DNA from: Octopus bimaculoides
Lineage: Eukaryota
Reading direction: 5' to 3'
DNA length: 64,000 nt
Assembly (NCBI RefSeq): GCF_001194135.2
Contig: NC_069003.1
Coordinates: forward strand, 9,805,538-9,869,537
Shown here: in pieces, positions 25,358 to 39,037 of the stretch
Layout: each line of letters opens with the position of its first letter
How positions within the stretch are numbered: the stretch's first letter is position 1
Translations under genes and position numbers: made by a program
The notes under the pieces: model-generated
The model's database searches: none
Told to the model about the DNA's origin: nothing
What the model saw: only the letters and a program-made list of their open reading frames with translations

Positions 25358-27275
25358 ATGGCTTCTCGAGTGGAGCGCGTCGACGTTCTTTGTAACAACT
25401 TCTGTAAAATTTCGTTCCCTCCGCTACGTAACGTTGTTGAGAGGAAGAGCAGTAGCAACAACAGCATCATCACCACCATCAATATTGACGGAGGGAAGAA
25501 GGAGGAGAACACTGACACCGCTACCACCACCGCCATCACGACGACCAGTCAGAGCAACGACAGCTGAAGAGGTGAAGAGAAAGAAAAAAAATTTCTTTCG
25601 CGCAAGACAATTAGCAAAGCACGGACGACAGTTGCTTTTTCTAAGCAAATACATTGTCAGTAAAAAAGAATAATGTAGGTCGTCCGCTTTTTAAAATCGT
25701 CACCTACACAGACCACAAATTTGTCATCTTTACGGTCGACTTGAATTTGACTACGTAGACAGGGACCCGATTTACTGGAAGCTGAACGAGTCACTCAAGG
25801 CGTGCCAAGCTTATTAGAGACCGGATTAGTGAATTAGTTAAGCAGACATTAACGAGGTCAATTCTTAACAATAAATGGTGGTACGCCCTGAAAATAACAA
25901 TCAGAATAGAATCGATTAGATTGAGTAAGGAACAAGCGATAGAAAAAAATTAATACAGAGGGAAAGCTAGTTAGAAACTTAGAAGAGGCACTTAGGATAG
26001 GCATTGCAACTGCTGGGGGTGAGTTTGGTCCCCGACCAAGTTTTCAACGCGAAGTTCGAAGGATGAATTGTCAGAGCTAAGGCAAGTGCTCTAAGAAACG
26101 AGGCACTTAAAACTGCTGGATGGTCCCAAGTGGCAATGGCTCAACGTGGCAACAAAGCCATAAAGTGAGCGCATGATACTTGAGCCCAAGTAGATGTGCG
26201 GTATTTCAGCAGCACTTCACCCAACAGTTTGGGACGAATGGTGAGCCAGAACGCAGGACGGACTTTATTGCCTACCTCGACGGCATGCCACGACTCTCGG
26301 TGGTAGGTGAGGCGAGGTGTTGCGAAACGCTGATAAGAGCCATGGAAATACGGGATACGATAATGTGCTGCACGGTGGGCAAATCGCCTGGTTTGGATGG
26401 TGTCTGCCCTACGAGTTTTACTATTATATGCCAGACTTGTTTGGCGATCACTTAGTAGATATCTACCGCAACTGGCAACAGAACGGGAGAATCCCTAGCT
26501 CTGTGAGCCGAGGGGTGGTGGCACTTCCGAGAAAGGACCCAAACAAGGGGGATCGAATAGAAAATTTTAGGCCCATAATGCTGCTGAAATCAGACTTCAA
26601 AATTTCGGCCAAGGTGCTAGCAAAGAGATTGGCGTCGTCGAGGAACTGATTGGTGATGCGCAAACATGCATCATCCCAAGCAGATCCATCCACGACAACC
26701 TCCACTTCATACGACACGTCATTGACAGGGTGTGTAATGAAGCTGGCATGGGTGGGGCTTTGATCAATTTGGATTAATCTAAAGCCAATACTTGGTGGCC
26801 GTTCTCACAGCAGCCGGTTTCGGTCCTATTTTCCGTGGCTGGATCGCAGCAATGTACAGCGACATCTCCTCAGTAGTTCAGGTTAATGGTTACCTATCGG
26901 AAACATTCAGCATCATGCATTCGGTCCGTGAAGTGTGTCCCCTCTCGTCTTTCCTATATGTAATGTCTCTAGAGCCACTACTGGTGAAATTGGAGGCGTT
27001 GAGAGGCATTCCGCGTTAACAAGAACGTGGGAGAACCGTGTTGGCATACGCAGACGATATCACCATCGTAGTGTCGAATAGCAGGCACATAGATCTGGTT
27101 GGTACCACTCTAAAAGAATACGAGGCGATGATTGGAGCAAAAATTAATCAAGAGAAGTCAGTGGGCCTGCAACTCGGCACCTGGGGTGGCAGGTCCATGC
27201 CTTTCAACAGCGTCATGGGACGCTGGGCGGAAGGACCGGTTAAACTGCATGGAATCTGGTTCAGTCCAGATCTCC
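25358..27275 (+). mobile_element. Decayed Tx1/L1-clade LINE (possible ORF1 remnant, EN end, RT)
   Basis: TDHKFV..YWKLNESL near 25700-25800; KSPGLDG, NFRPIMLL.SDFKI.AKVLAKRL, CPLS, YADD 27047-27058. Inclusion of 25358-25675 is inferred. Confidence 0.85.
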
Positions 27276-27319
27276 ATACTATACTGTGTAGTCGACAAAA
27301 TCAAAAACAAACAATGTGA

Positions 27320-27376
<57 letters not shown>

Positions 27377-28084
27377 TGTGTACGCGCGCGNNNNNNNNNN
27401 NNNNNNNNNNNNNNNNNNNNNNNNNNNNNNNNNNNNNNNNNNNNNNNNNNNNNNNNNNNNNNNNNNNNNNNNNNNNNNNNNNNNNNNNNNNNNNNNNNNN
27501 NNNNNNNNNNNNNNNNNNNNNNNNNNNNNNNNNNNNNNNNNNNNNNNNNNNNNNNNNNNNNNNNNNNNNNNNNNNNNNNNNNNNNNNNNNNNNNNNNNNN
27601 NNNNNNNNNNNNNNNNNNNNNNNNNNNNNNNNNNNNNNNNNNNNNNNNNNNNNNNNNNNNNNNNATATATATACACATATACATAGATATGTGTGCGTGT
27701 GTGTGTGTCTGTTCTTTGTTTGTTCCTCACCACCGATTGACAACCGGTGTCGGAGTGTTTACGTCCCAAAATTCAATGCACTGGGCCCTATAATATTTAT
27801 TTATCAACAGCAAGCCACGACATACACAGATACGAATTGGGTCCCTAGGCAACTCCCCATGTGCCCACCATGCCTCAATGGTGGCACTGGATGAAATCCC
27901 AGCTGTCGCAGGTTCTCATTTGTAGACGAGCGGTCTTCCAGCAAGGTGAAATGATTTGCTCAGCTCAAAGACAAAATGCACCATCCGGTCAGTAATTTGA
28001 ACTCAGACCTAACTATTTGAATTCCAACACCCTAACCACTAGGCCGTATGCTCTCATTGAAGAAAAGCAAAAGACAATTTAGAT

Positions 28085-28787
28085 CAGGGGTTCCCAACCT
28101 TAATTTTGCTTGTGGAGCCCTTGAGAGCCATCTTATCATCTGTGGACCCCATATGCACATACTCTTTTACTCTTTTACTTGTTTCAGTCATTTGATTGCG
28201 GCCATGCTGGAGCACCGCATTTAGTCGAGAAAATCGACCCCGGGACTTTTTCTTTATAAGCCTAGTACTTATTCTGTCGGTCTCTTTTGCCGAACCGCTA
28301 AGTGACAGGGACAGGGACACACCAGTATCGGTTGTCAAGCAATGCTAGGGGGACCAACACAGACACAAAAACATATACACACACATACATATATATATAT
28401 ATACATATATACGACGGGCTTCTTTAAGTTTCCGTCTACCAAATCCACTCACAAGGCTTTGGTAGGCCCGAGGCTATAGTAGAAGACACTTGCCCAAGGT
28501 GCCACGCAGTGGGCAGTGGGACTGAACCCAGAACTATGTGGTTGGTAGGCAAGCTACTTACCACACAGCCACTCCTGCGCCTATATGTAAATTTTTGCAA
28601 TAATATTTGTTTGTAGGTTAGTAAAAACTAACAATGAAACAATTTCATTATATTCATAACATAAATTCCAAATTCAAATCTTGGAAATTTCAATAAATAC
28701 AGGTACCCCGCCCCCTAGTAAACAAAATTTATATATGGACCCACTAATTACAATTTTTTACTCGTGGACCCCGGTTGGGAACCCCTG
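28085..28787. mobile_element. hAT (Charlie-like) MITE
   Basis: TIR CAGGGGTTCCCAACC; 8-bp TSD ATTTAGAT at 28077-28084 and 28788-28795. Confidence 0.9.
28160..28582 (-). mobile_element. Complete SINE B nested in the hAT MITE
   Basis: Head AGGCGCAGGAGTGGCTGTGTGGTAAG to tail AAGTAAAAGAGTA. Confidence 0.9.
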
Positions 28788-29067
28788 ATTTAGATCATAT
28801 TGTCCTTGATATCTTTAGAAACAGAGGATGGTCCAGGCGCGGTCCCAGGAAAGAACAATTATTAACAGATGAAGTAATAGAAACGGCGGCGGACGGGTAG
28901 CGCTAATGATGATTGTGGCGGTGATGGTGGTGGAGGGAACAATAATGGTTGGGGAGGGGTTAGTGTTGGTGGCAGTCGCGGCGATGATAATCTTGATAAT
29001 GATGATATTCCCTCTGAGAAAAAGAAGAAGAAAAAGAGAAAATACAGCAATCTCTCGAACTCTGGCG

Positions 29068-29229
29068 TTGATTGGTCAGTTAAATGTAGACCTGTTCGTT
29101 GATTGGTCAGCTAAATGTGAACCATTTCATTGATAAATCAGCTAAATTTAGCTGAGAGCATTGATTAAAATAATTGAGTTGCGATCACTTTAATATGTCA
29201 TCTAATCAAGGTTGGTTGCCATGGGTAAC
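29068..29229. promoter_or_regulatory. Promoter-like module: tandem CCAAT boxes plus RFX X-box
   Basis: ATTGG at 29071 and 29102 within 31-bp units; GTTGCC-ATG-GGTAAC at 29215-29229. Confidence 0.45.
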
Positions 29230-29442
29230 GTCTAAATCAAAACTATCGATTAACCTATACTTGGTTTATAAGGGCCGCTTTAGTGTGGCTGTGTGGTAAG
29301 AAGTTTGCTTCACAACCATATGGTCACGGGTCTAGTCTTACTGCGTGGCACCTTGGGTAAGTGCCTTCTGCCATAACCTCTCCAGCCGATCAAAGCCTTG
29401 TGAGGGGATCTGGTAGACGGAAACCAAAAGCAGCTTGTCGTA

Positions 29443-31554
29443 GAGAGGGTGTTCGGGATAAATTTGACACTGGCAGAAACGTTAGCACGCCGGGCGAAAT
29501 GTTTAGCGGTATTTCGTCTGCCGTTACGTTCTGAATTCCACCGAGGTCGACTTTGCCTTTCATCCTTTCGGGGGNNNNNNNNNNNNNNNNNNNNNNNNNN
29601 NNNNNNNNNNNNNNNNNNNNNNNNNNNNNNNNNNNNNNNNNNCGAATAATTAAGTACCAGTTGCGTACTGAGGTCGATTTAATCGACTGGCCCTCCATCC
29701 CACCCCAAAAAATTTCGAGCCTTGTACCTAAAGTAGAAAAGATATACGTCTCTTGTTTTTTGGGGGTTTTTTAGGAACAGCTTGATGTGTTGGTGAACAG
29801 TCAACGGGGTTGGGGAGCATAAAAATCGAAGCTCTTGTCGAGAAAAAGTTGTAAAAAGAAGAAATTTAAGAGTTAGGATTGCCACTATAGAAACTATATT
29901 TAGATGTGAGCATGTAAGAAGGTTTATAATGTATAAATGTTTTACATGACGATAAATATCAGAAAGCAATGTTTTCTTTCTTTCTTCTTTTTATGTTAAT
30001 AAACATAATTTATTCCTTGGTCACACATGAAGTAGTATGCACATCAGAGATAAGTATTGAAGGCAACAGAGTGTAGCGAGACGTGACTTAATTTCTTCAT
30101 AAACATCAAGGTAGTTAGATTTGTTACTTGGCTACAAATCTAAGATATCCAAAGAATTTTGTAGTGGTTGCGAGACGAGGTAGAAATCCCATAGTTGTAT
30201 GAATGCTGTTTTCTGATCGGCGTTAATTCAGCAACGTTTTGTCGTCTGGACGAACAACTGACGTGTGTACATCTCGATGTCTTTTCAGGAATTGATTATT
30301 GTCTTCCAAAACTCGCTCTTCACTGCAGGGTAACGTATGTCATTCCGCGGCCAGCACTGATTGGATATTTTGGGCTTAGCACGAATGTGCTATGCCACCA
30401 CAACAAAATAGTGCTAACATGTCTCGCTACAAAGTTAACTGACATGGAAGAGTGGAAGCTATGTGAATATTAGAAAAGAGTTACCTATGCTATGATGATT
30501 TGTGCGGGGTATCTAAATGCCGAAATCGTGGCAGCTGTTCAGTGCTTTGTAAACATTCTAAAGGTTGTAAGACGTGACATGGACAGCTGCAACGGAGACT
30601 ACGAAACCGTAGCCCGCAGGTCTTTGGGTGATCTTATGTGAGAGTGACGTTATGCCACCCATATCTTTGATCAGGGCTGTCGGCCCATTTCACACAGGTA
30701 TGTGAAGTTACTGGAGAGGGTTGCTGCGAGAAGGCTATATGTGTAGCAACAGGAATCGGATCCTTGTAATTCCACTGGAAAGAGTCAGAAGTGATCGTCG
30801 AAGAATTTCCACGACTTCACCAACCCCAGTTTCTGACCTTCTAATGCCACCAATTGTAATCCCGTGGCTTACTATGTGTGGTGTGCGGTTGAGAAAGATA
30901 CCAACCGCTCTACCTGCAACCCCAAGCTCAATCTAGTGGCCAAGATCGATCGAGGAGGTGTTCGATCTTCCCAGGAACACAACGAGGAACGCATGCGCCA
31001 GGTGCCGAAGCCGTCTTGAGGCAGTGGTGGAATTTTAGGGCGGCGACTCTGAGTAAACAGTTATCTCCCAGCCGTAATCTAGTTAATGTTTTGGGATTTT
31101 TTAAAATACATTTTGGGATGGGATGTTTTCTCCAGCCAGGGATCGACCACATTCTCCAGCAGCTTCACATAACCGTCTGAATTCAGCCTAAGGAACTGTT
31201 CAGAGATGTGGGTCGGCATCACGTCGCCCTCGCTGGGGATACACCCAAAGCCCATCACAGTTTTGGAGCACTTGGTTTTTGTGATGCCCTTGTCACGTCT
31301 TACAGCCATTATGGTGTTCACAGATGATTGAGCAGTAGTCATGATGTCGACATTTTGATACCTTGCACGAATCTGCATGATACAAGTAACACATTTCCAA
31401 TATTCAGATGGCTTCCTGTCCTACATGTCAGTTAACATTTTCTTGACTACATCTTCAGTCTTTATGCTCCCCAACGCCGTTGACTGTTCACCAAAACATC
31501 AAGTTGTTCTTGAAAAGGGACACAAAATATCAAGTTTAGCCCGAACACGCTGTA
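29443..31554. mobile_element. maT (DD37D)-type transposon remnant with two left ends in inverted orientation
   Basis: TIR-like GGGTGTTCGGGATAAA near 29447 and reverse complement at 31541-31554. + strand encodes a decayed C-terminal region (CNP..YYVWCAVEKDTN); - strand KTVMGFGCIPSEGDVMPTHI..LRLNSDGYVKLLE. Confidence 0.7.
29850..30431. mobile_element. Probable solo LTR inserted in the maT element
   Basis: TGTA..TACA termini; 4-bp TSD AAGT (29846-29849, 30432-30435); removal restores maT sequence seen in the inverted copy. Confidence 0.6.
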
Positions 31555-32188
31555 CACAGGTTTCAACACATTCACAAACACATGCGGGCATAAATATGTA
31601 TATAAATGTTAGTATAGGAGTGAGGGTGACAAAGTGAACAATAATATACTTGATATAAGGCGGCGAGCTGGCAGATTCGTTAGCACGCCGGGCGAAATAC
31701 TTAGAACGTAACGCTAGACGAAATACCGCTGAGTTCAAACTCCGCCGAGGTCGACTTTGCCTTTCATCCTTTCGGGGTCGATTAAATAAGTACCAGTTAC
31801 GCACTGGGTCGATGTAATCGACTGAAACTCTTTGTCTGTCCTTGTTTGTCCCCTGTATGCTTAGCACCCTGTGGGCAATAAAGAAATAAATAATATACTT
31901 GATGTACTAATCAACAGGGTTTTCTTTTTAATATTAATTAAAACTACAGTGATGACAAATATTTTCTAAATGATTTTGTCGAGTCTGCGTTTAAAACTGG
32001 CGTCGGGGAGATAACCCCCGAAACACTTTTTTTTCTCATTTTACGTGTATGTCTGTATGTAATGATATTTGTGTGTTTATACATACATATATAATTTTTC
32101 TATAATTTTTCCTTTATTGAGTAACTGAACGCCATGCATCCCGACTTTCGTTAACAGTAAGTTTTTACATATATATACACACACACAC

Positions 32189-32230
<42 letters not shown>

Positions 32231-33110
32231 ATACATATATACAGAGATATACATATCTAAACATGTATGTATATATATATGCGTGTGTGTGTGTATGTAT
32301 ATATATATACATATACATATATATATAAGTGTATGCATACATACATACATACTCACACACACATATACACACATATGCATGCAGACATATAGGAAGGATG
32401 GAGCCATGTAGGCCTTCGTACACTAACTATGTTATTTAGAAAATTACTTACTCCCGCATGCATATAACTGGCTACACAAATACACACACACCACGCACAC
32501 ACATACACGTGTGTGTGTGTGTGTGTAATTAAATTGTATACACACGGACATGCTAACAGATAATGCTGGTATTTTACACTTCGATATTCTCCAACAAACC
32601 AACAAACCAGCCAAAAGACCGACCGACCGACCGACCATCCAGCCAATCTTTCCAGTTTTACAAATGAATTCTATAGCAAACTCACTCTTACTGGTTCCTA
32701 GGTGGATTAATTGTAACCTAGCAACCATGGATCTTTCATGGATCTTGCAGTCGATTCAGACTTTGTTTATTTTTACATCTTTTGTTTATATTTCTATTGT
32801 TGTTGTGAGACAAACAATGGAATTATTTTCCTCTTGACTTTAAGACGTACTTGGAGTAAACACACTTACACACACTTTATACGTACATACATACATATAT
32901 ACAAAGATATATACACACACACATATATATATATACACACATATATATGTGTGTGTGTGCTTGTATATACATATATGTTTGTATGTGTGTGTGTATATAT
33001 ATATACATATATATGTTGTATGTATGTGTAAATATATAAACGCATAACACCAATATATATATATATATATATATATTATACACACACACACACACATATA
33101 TATATATTAT

Positions 33111-33146
<36 letters not shown>

Positions 33147-33159
33147 TATACACACACAC

Positions 33160-33198
<39 letters not shown>

Positions 33199-33282
33199 CA
33201 CACACACACACATATATATATATGTATATATATTATACACACACATTATATATATATATATATATTATACACACACACATAT

Positions 33283-33327
<45 letters not shown>

Positions 33328-33613
33328 GTGTTTGTACATGTGTTTTGTGTGTGCATGTGTGTGAGTTTCAATGTTGTTTTATATTAGAGTGCAAAGAAAT
33401 TATGCAAATTATGTCGGGTGGGGAGAACAAGCTTCCCCTACACTCCACCCCCACCCCCACCCCACACTTAACATTAGACGTTCTGGAATGGAGTAGTTAA
33501 AACCAATATTAATATAACCAGTCCGTTATATTGGTACGCTTACAATATGTTTCGAAAATGTTATGTTTATAGATGTCATAGCTAATGGAGAATGGCTTCA
33601 TATATTGGACTCA

Positions 33614-34050
33614 AAAGGCGGCGAGCTGGCAGAAACGTTAGCCCGCCGGGCGAAATGCTTAGCGGTATTTCGTCTGCCGTTACGTTCTGAGTTCAAATTC
33701 CACCGAGGTCGACTTTGCCTTTCATTCTTTCGGGCATCGATAAATTAAGTACCATTTACGCACTGGGGTCGATGTAATCGACTTAATCCATTTGTCTGTC
33801 CTTGTTTGTCCCCCTCTATGTTTAGCCCCTTGTGGGTAATAAAGAAATAAGAAACGGTAGCACGCCGGGCGAAGTGCTTAGCGGTATTTCGTCAGTCTTT
33901 ACATTTTGAGTTCAAATTCCACCGAGGTCGACTTTGCCGTTCATCCTTTCGGGGTCGATAAATTAAGTACCTGTTGCGTACTGGTATCGATCTAATCGAC
34001 TGGCTCCCTCCCCAAAAATTTCGGACCTTGTGCCTAGAGTAGAAAAGAAA
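33614..34050 (+). mobile_element. Two tandem SINE A copies
   Basis: Near-consensus copy starting GGCGGCGAGCTGGCAGAAACG. Confidence 0.9.
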
Positions 34051-34567
34051 TTCTGGTTCAACGATTGCAATTTTATCGATGCCCAGAAGGATGAAAGGCA
34101 AAGTCAACCAAGGCGGAATTTGAACTCAGAATTAAGCATTTTGCCTGCCATACTAACGATTCTTTCATGTTGCTGCCTTAGAATTCATTAATATCCTTTT
34201 ATCCTTATAGGAAAGTGGGTTATACATCATTAGATGTATACCACTTTCCTATATAAAAATTAAGAATATAACGGTACGCTGAACTCCACACTATCAACTT
34301 ATACAACATTTATTCAGGTGGTAAATATATACATCTTTAGCTCTTGTTTGTTGTTACAGCTTCTCTGTGTGTGAGCATTGTTGTTGGGGCGTTGGTATGT
34401 AGATGTAAGCGAGCTGTCGAGCGTAAGTTCGAAAGATGGAGAGAGACAACTAAACACGTCCATGCTCAATCGCTGGCCAGCAAGAAAAAGAGAGAACGAA
34501 GCGGGAAAACTTGGTTGTTGAATTCCACGCATGCGTGAGACTACGCATGCGCACGGCGTTACTACAT

Positions 34568-34954
34568 CCTTTTACTTGTTTCAGTCATTTGACTGCGGCC
34601 ATGCTGGAGCACCGCCTTTAGTCGAACAAATCGACCCCAGAGCTTATTCTTTGTAAGCCTAGTACTTATTCTATCGGTCCCTTATGCCGAGCCGGTAAGT
34701 TACGGGAGGTAAACACACCAGCATCGGTTGACAAGCGATGTAGGTGGGGGCAGACACAGACACACAAACACATACACGCACACATGTATATACGATGGGC
34801 GTCTTACAGTTTCCGTCTACTAAATCCATTTACAAGGCTTTGGTTGGCCCGAGGCTATAGTAGACATCACTTGCCCAAAATGCCATGCAGTGGGACTGAA
34901 CCCGGAACCATGTGGTCGATAAGCACGCTACTTACGACACAGCCACTCTTGCGC
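34568..34954 (-). mobile_element. Complete SINE B
   Basis: Family match. Confidence 0.85.
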
Positions 34955-35384
34955 GTATTTTTTTTTCTTTGCTTTTACTTGTTTCAGTCATTGGACTGTG
35001 GCCATGCTGGAGTACCGCCATGAAGAATTTGAGTCAAGCAAATCGACCTCACTGTTTATTATTATTGTCGAAAGGCAGCGAGCTGGCAGAGTCGTTAGCT
35101 CACCGGGCAAAATGCCCGTCGTTACGTTCTGAGTTCAAATTACGCCGAGGTCGACTTTGCTTTTCATCCTTTCGGGATCGATAAATTGAGTACCAGTAAA
35201 ACACTGGGGTCGATGTAATCGACTAGCCCCCCTCGCACCAAATTTCAGGCCTTCTTCCTCCAGTAGAAAGGATTATTATTGCCGAGTTTGCCTTTCATCC
35301 TTTCAGGGATCGGCTAAATTTTGAATGTAGACCACAAGCTCGTCTAGATTTAAGTTGCTGTAGATTACATACTACACTGGCACC

Positions 35385-35615
35385 GAATTCTTTTTTGGAT
35401 GCGGCCATCCTTCGTGTGTTGGACATGTCCTAGCCAGCGTAGTCTGTGTTGTCGAAGCAGAGTGAACATGCTGTGAAGGATTGCATGATTCAGGACCTCA
35501 ACGTTGGACACTCTGTGTTGCCAGGATATACCCAGGATGTAGCGTAGGCTTCTCAAATTGAAGATCTTAAGTCGACTCTCCTGTCTGGCATATGTGGCCG
35601 AAGTCTCACTGCCAT
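35385..35615 (-). mobile_element. RTE LINE fragment
   Basis: RSLRYILGISWQHRVSNVEVL..LRQHRLRWLGHV. Confidence 0.8.
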
Positions 35616-36324
35616 ATATATATATATATATATATATGACTCTTATCTCTAGCGATGCCTGTACCGCTTAGCACCCTCTATCACTTTAGTGACGTTTGTA
35701 AATTTGCCTCTAGGTTGTTAAATTGCTAATAAACCACCCATATNNNNNNNNNNNNNNNNNNNNNNNNNNNNNNNNNNNNNNNNNNNNNNNNNNNNNNNNN
35801 NNNNNNNNNNNNNNNNNNNNNNNNNNNNNNNNNNNNNNNNNNNNNNNNNNNNNNNNNNNNNNNNNNNNNNNNNNNNNNNNNNNNNNNNNNNNNNNNNNNN
35901 NNNNNNNNNNNNNNNNNNNNNNNNNNNNNNNNNNNNNNNNNNNNNNNNNNNNNNNNNNNNNNNNNNNNNNNNNNNNNNNNNNNNNNNNNNNNNNNNNNNN
36001 NNNNNNNNNNNNNNNNNNNNNNNNNNNNNNNNNNNNNNNNNNNNNNNNNNNNNNNNNNNNNNNNNNNNNNNNNNNNNNNNNNNNNNNNNNNNNNNNNNNN
36101 NNNNNNNNNNNNNNNNNNNNNNNNNNNNNNNNNNNNNNNNNNNNNNNNNNNNNNNNNNNNNNNNNNNNNNNNNNNNNNNNNNNNNNNNNNNNNNNNNNNN
36201 NNNNNNNNNNNNNNNNNNNNNNNNNNNNNNNNNNNNNNNNNNNNNNNNNNNNNNNNNNNNNNNNNNNNNNNNNNNNNNNNNNNNNNNNNNNNNNNNNNNN
36301 NNNNNNNNNNNNNNNNNNNNNNNN

Positions 36325-36600
36325 CCTCCAAGATCAGTTCATGAATTTTCGTGATGTTTTCATTCGTTCGGGAGGTCGATGTTCGTCCTGAACAAGGTCG
36401 GTCTTCAATCGACAAGTGACCATTCCTAAAGCGTGAAAACCACTCGTAAACTTGTGTTTTGCTTATGGCAACGTCTTTGTAAGCTGTTCGAAGCATGACA
36501 ACTGTTTTCGGCCACTGTTTTCCCCAGTAGAAAACAGAATTTCATGAAAGCACGCTGTTCCTTCATTTTAGCCATCGTAAAAATCGATGAACAGGGGAGG
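36325..36600 (-). mobile_element. mariner transposase N-terminus (runs into a gap)
   Basis: MAKMKEQRAFMKFCFLLGKT (ATG 36575), then MLRTAYKDVAISKTQVYEWFSRF after a frameshift. Confidence 0.85.
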
Positions 36601-36950
36601 AGCATTGGAAAACAAAGTTTTCTAGTTATCTAGTATCTAGTTATCTAGTTTCAAGAAATTCGGAATTTCCAGAAATCCGGAGATAATGTGCCGTACCATG
36701 CAATATACTGTACTCTGTGTTGAGCAAACAGACCCTGTTTTTGAAGTTGGTTAATTTACTTACGGTGTTTAGAAATAGTATTGTTCTTTGCCTTTTTAAG
36801 TAGATTAATACAGATTAAACATACTCTGCTTCAGAACTGTATTATTCTGCACTTGTTTCTATTAAATAAAATCACGGTCTTTCCTTTTCCTTCGTTTAAT
36901 TTTCCTACATCATCCTATAAACATTATACTGTATATCTAGTACAGCATGG

Positions 36951-37458
36951 TGGAGGCGCAATGGCCCAGTGGTTAGGGCAGCAGACTCGTAGTCATAGGA
37001 TCCTAGACCAGGCGTTGTGAGTGTTTATTGAGCGAAAACACGAGGCTCCGGCAGAGGATGGTGGCGAACCCTGCTGTACTCTTTCACCACAACTTTCTCT
37101 CAATCTTTCTTCCTGTTTCTGTTGGCTTTGTATTTCAAAAAGCCAGCCTTGTCACACTCTGTGTCACGCTGAATCTCCCCGACAACTACGTTAAGGGTAC
37201 ACGTGTCTGTGGAGTGTCCAGCCACTTGCACGTTAATTTCTCGAACAGGCTGTTCCGTTGATCGGATCAACTGGAACCCTCGTCGTCGTAACCGACGGAG
37301 TGCCAACCATAAATACACATTTACACTCTGTGTCGCGCTGAATCTCCCCGAGAACTACGTTAAGTGTCCAGCCACTTGCACGTTTATTTCTCGAACAGGC
37401 TGTTCCGTTGATCGGATCAACTGGAACCCTTGTCGTCGTAACAGACGGAGTGTCAACC
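36951..37458 (+). mobile_element. SINE C with tandemly duplicated 3' portion
   Basis: Body ends near 37308; ~150-bp repeat of the 3' part plus CATAAATACACATTT. Confidence 0.85.
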
Positions 37459-38999
37459 ATAAATACACATTTAGTCTGTCTCCAGAAAACCGGAAAGTCC
37501 AGAAATTCGGGACACTTCCGGTCTCAAACTTGCCGGATAATGGATCCGATATTGCACAAGTCATATAATGTTCTCTCCGTCTTTTAATCACATCAGCAGC
37601 AAATGAGTCTACTACGGAGGGGAGATAACTCTCAATGCCTCACTATTAACCAGCTGGTAATCAGCGAGGCAACAGTATTTTGCTTCGGCGTCTGCCATAT
37701 TTCTCTCCTCATATTCCTACTCATCTAATTCCTTGCAAAAAACATCACTCAAGATGGTTCCGTAAGTATAGTTGTTATTGTTACTATATCTATATTCCAT
37801 CCGTTATTGCTAAACTAACCGAAAACAAAAATCAGCATTGTTTTCGCTCCGCTTTGTTTTGTTTCGTTTACATAATGTATTTTAAACTAACCTCAAACGC
37901 TATTTGTCTCTTATATAAAACCTTACATAACTACTTATGTAAAGAAAGAAATACATTTGTTTCTTAAAATGTTGTCGTTGGAGAAACCAAACTAAACCGA
38001 TCACAGGTTTTACAAGCTTTACTAAGGAGTCGGATCGAGAAATTACCGGCTTCTACGAACGTGGTCTATCGATTTGTAAGAAATAACAGTCACAATTCCA
38101 TCAAGTTATACCGAGCAGTTTTTATAAATGAAAACATTCAATCGATAATATTAGTTAGTCCTAGATATGGTATTTCTGAAGAGGAAAAAGAATGATTTTA
38201 AAAAAAAGACAGGATGGTCACATCTGGAGCGTTTTTGGCTACGTGTCTTCCAGCTCAGTCGGGCTTAAACGGTGACAACTAATTTCATATTCGTGGACAG
38301 TTTCTCAAAGTTATTTGATCAACAACAGAGAAATTGGAACTGGTATTGTTGTTTCGCTCATGATCGACTCTAACCGAACTAGTATCCAAAGTTATCCCAG
38401 CCGTGACCATCCCGATTGACAGAATCGTTAGCACGCCGGGCGAAATGCTTAGCGGTATTTCGTCTGCCGTTACGATCGGAGTTCAAATTTCGCTGAGGTC
38501 GACTTTGCCTTTCATCCTTTCGAGGTCGATAAATTAAGTACCAGCTGAACACTGAGGTCGATGTAATCGACAAATCCCCTCCCCCAAAATGACTGCCCTT
38601 GTGGCAAAATTTGAAACCATTATTATTATTATTTAGATATTATACATCGAGGCTTGTGTTACCTAATTCGTCCTTCCCGTTTATTAAGGTGATAATGCAG
38701 TGTTTAACGTAGAGGAGGTTTGACTGCTATGTCTAACACGTCAAACGATTACGCAAAAAAAACCCGTCTTCGTTGTTTTAATGTCTGCTGTTGAGCCACA
38801 TGATGTTTGGGAAGGATTTCAATTTATTAAAGGAATGCATGCTTTTCTTATACAGTCTAATTCTCTCTCTCTCTCTAACACAAACATGGCACGTGTATGT
38901 ATGTATGTATGCATGCATGTCTATTGTGTGTATATAAATGTATGCTTACATATGTGTATGCGTGTACATGTGTATGTATATATATTTGTATGTATGCAC

Positions 39000-39037
<38 letters not shown>

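Noticed and set aside
29068-29160. 31-bp units as a CRISPR-like array
   Set aside because: Eukaryotic context, contiguous units, no spacers, no cas genes.
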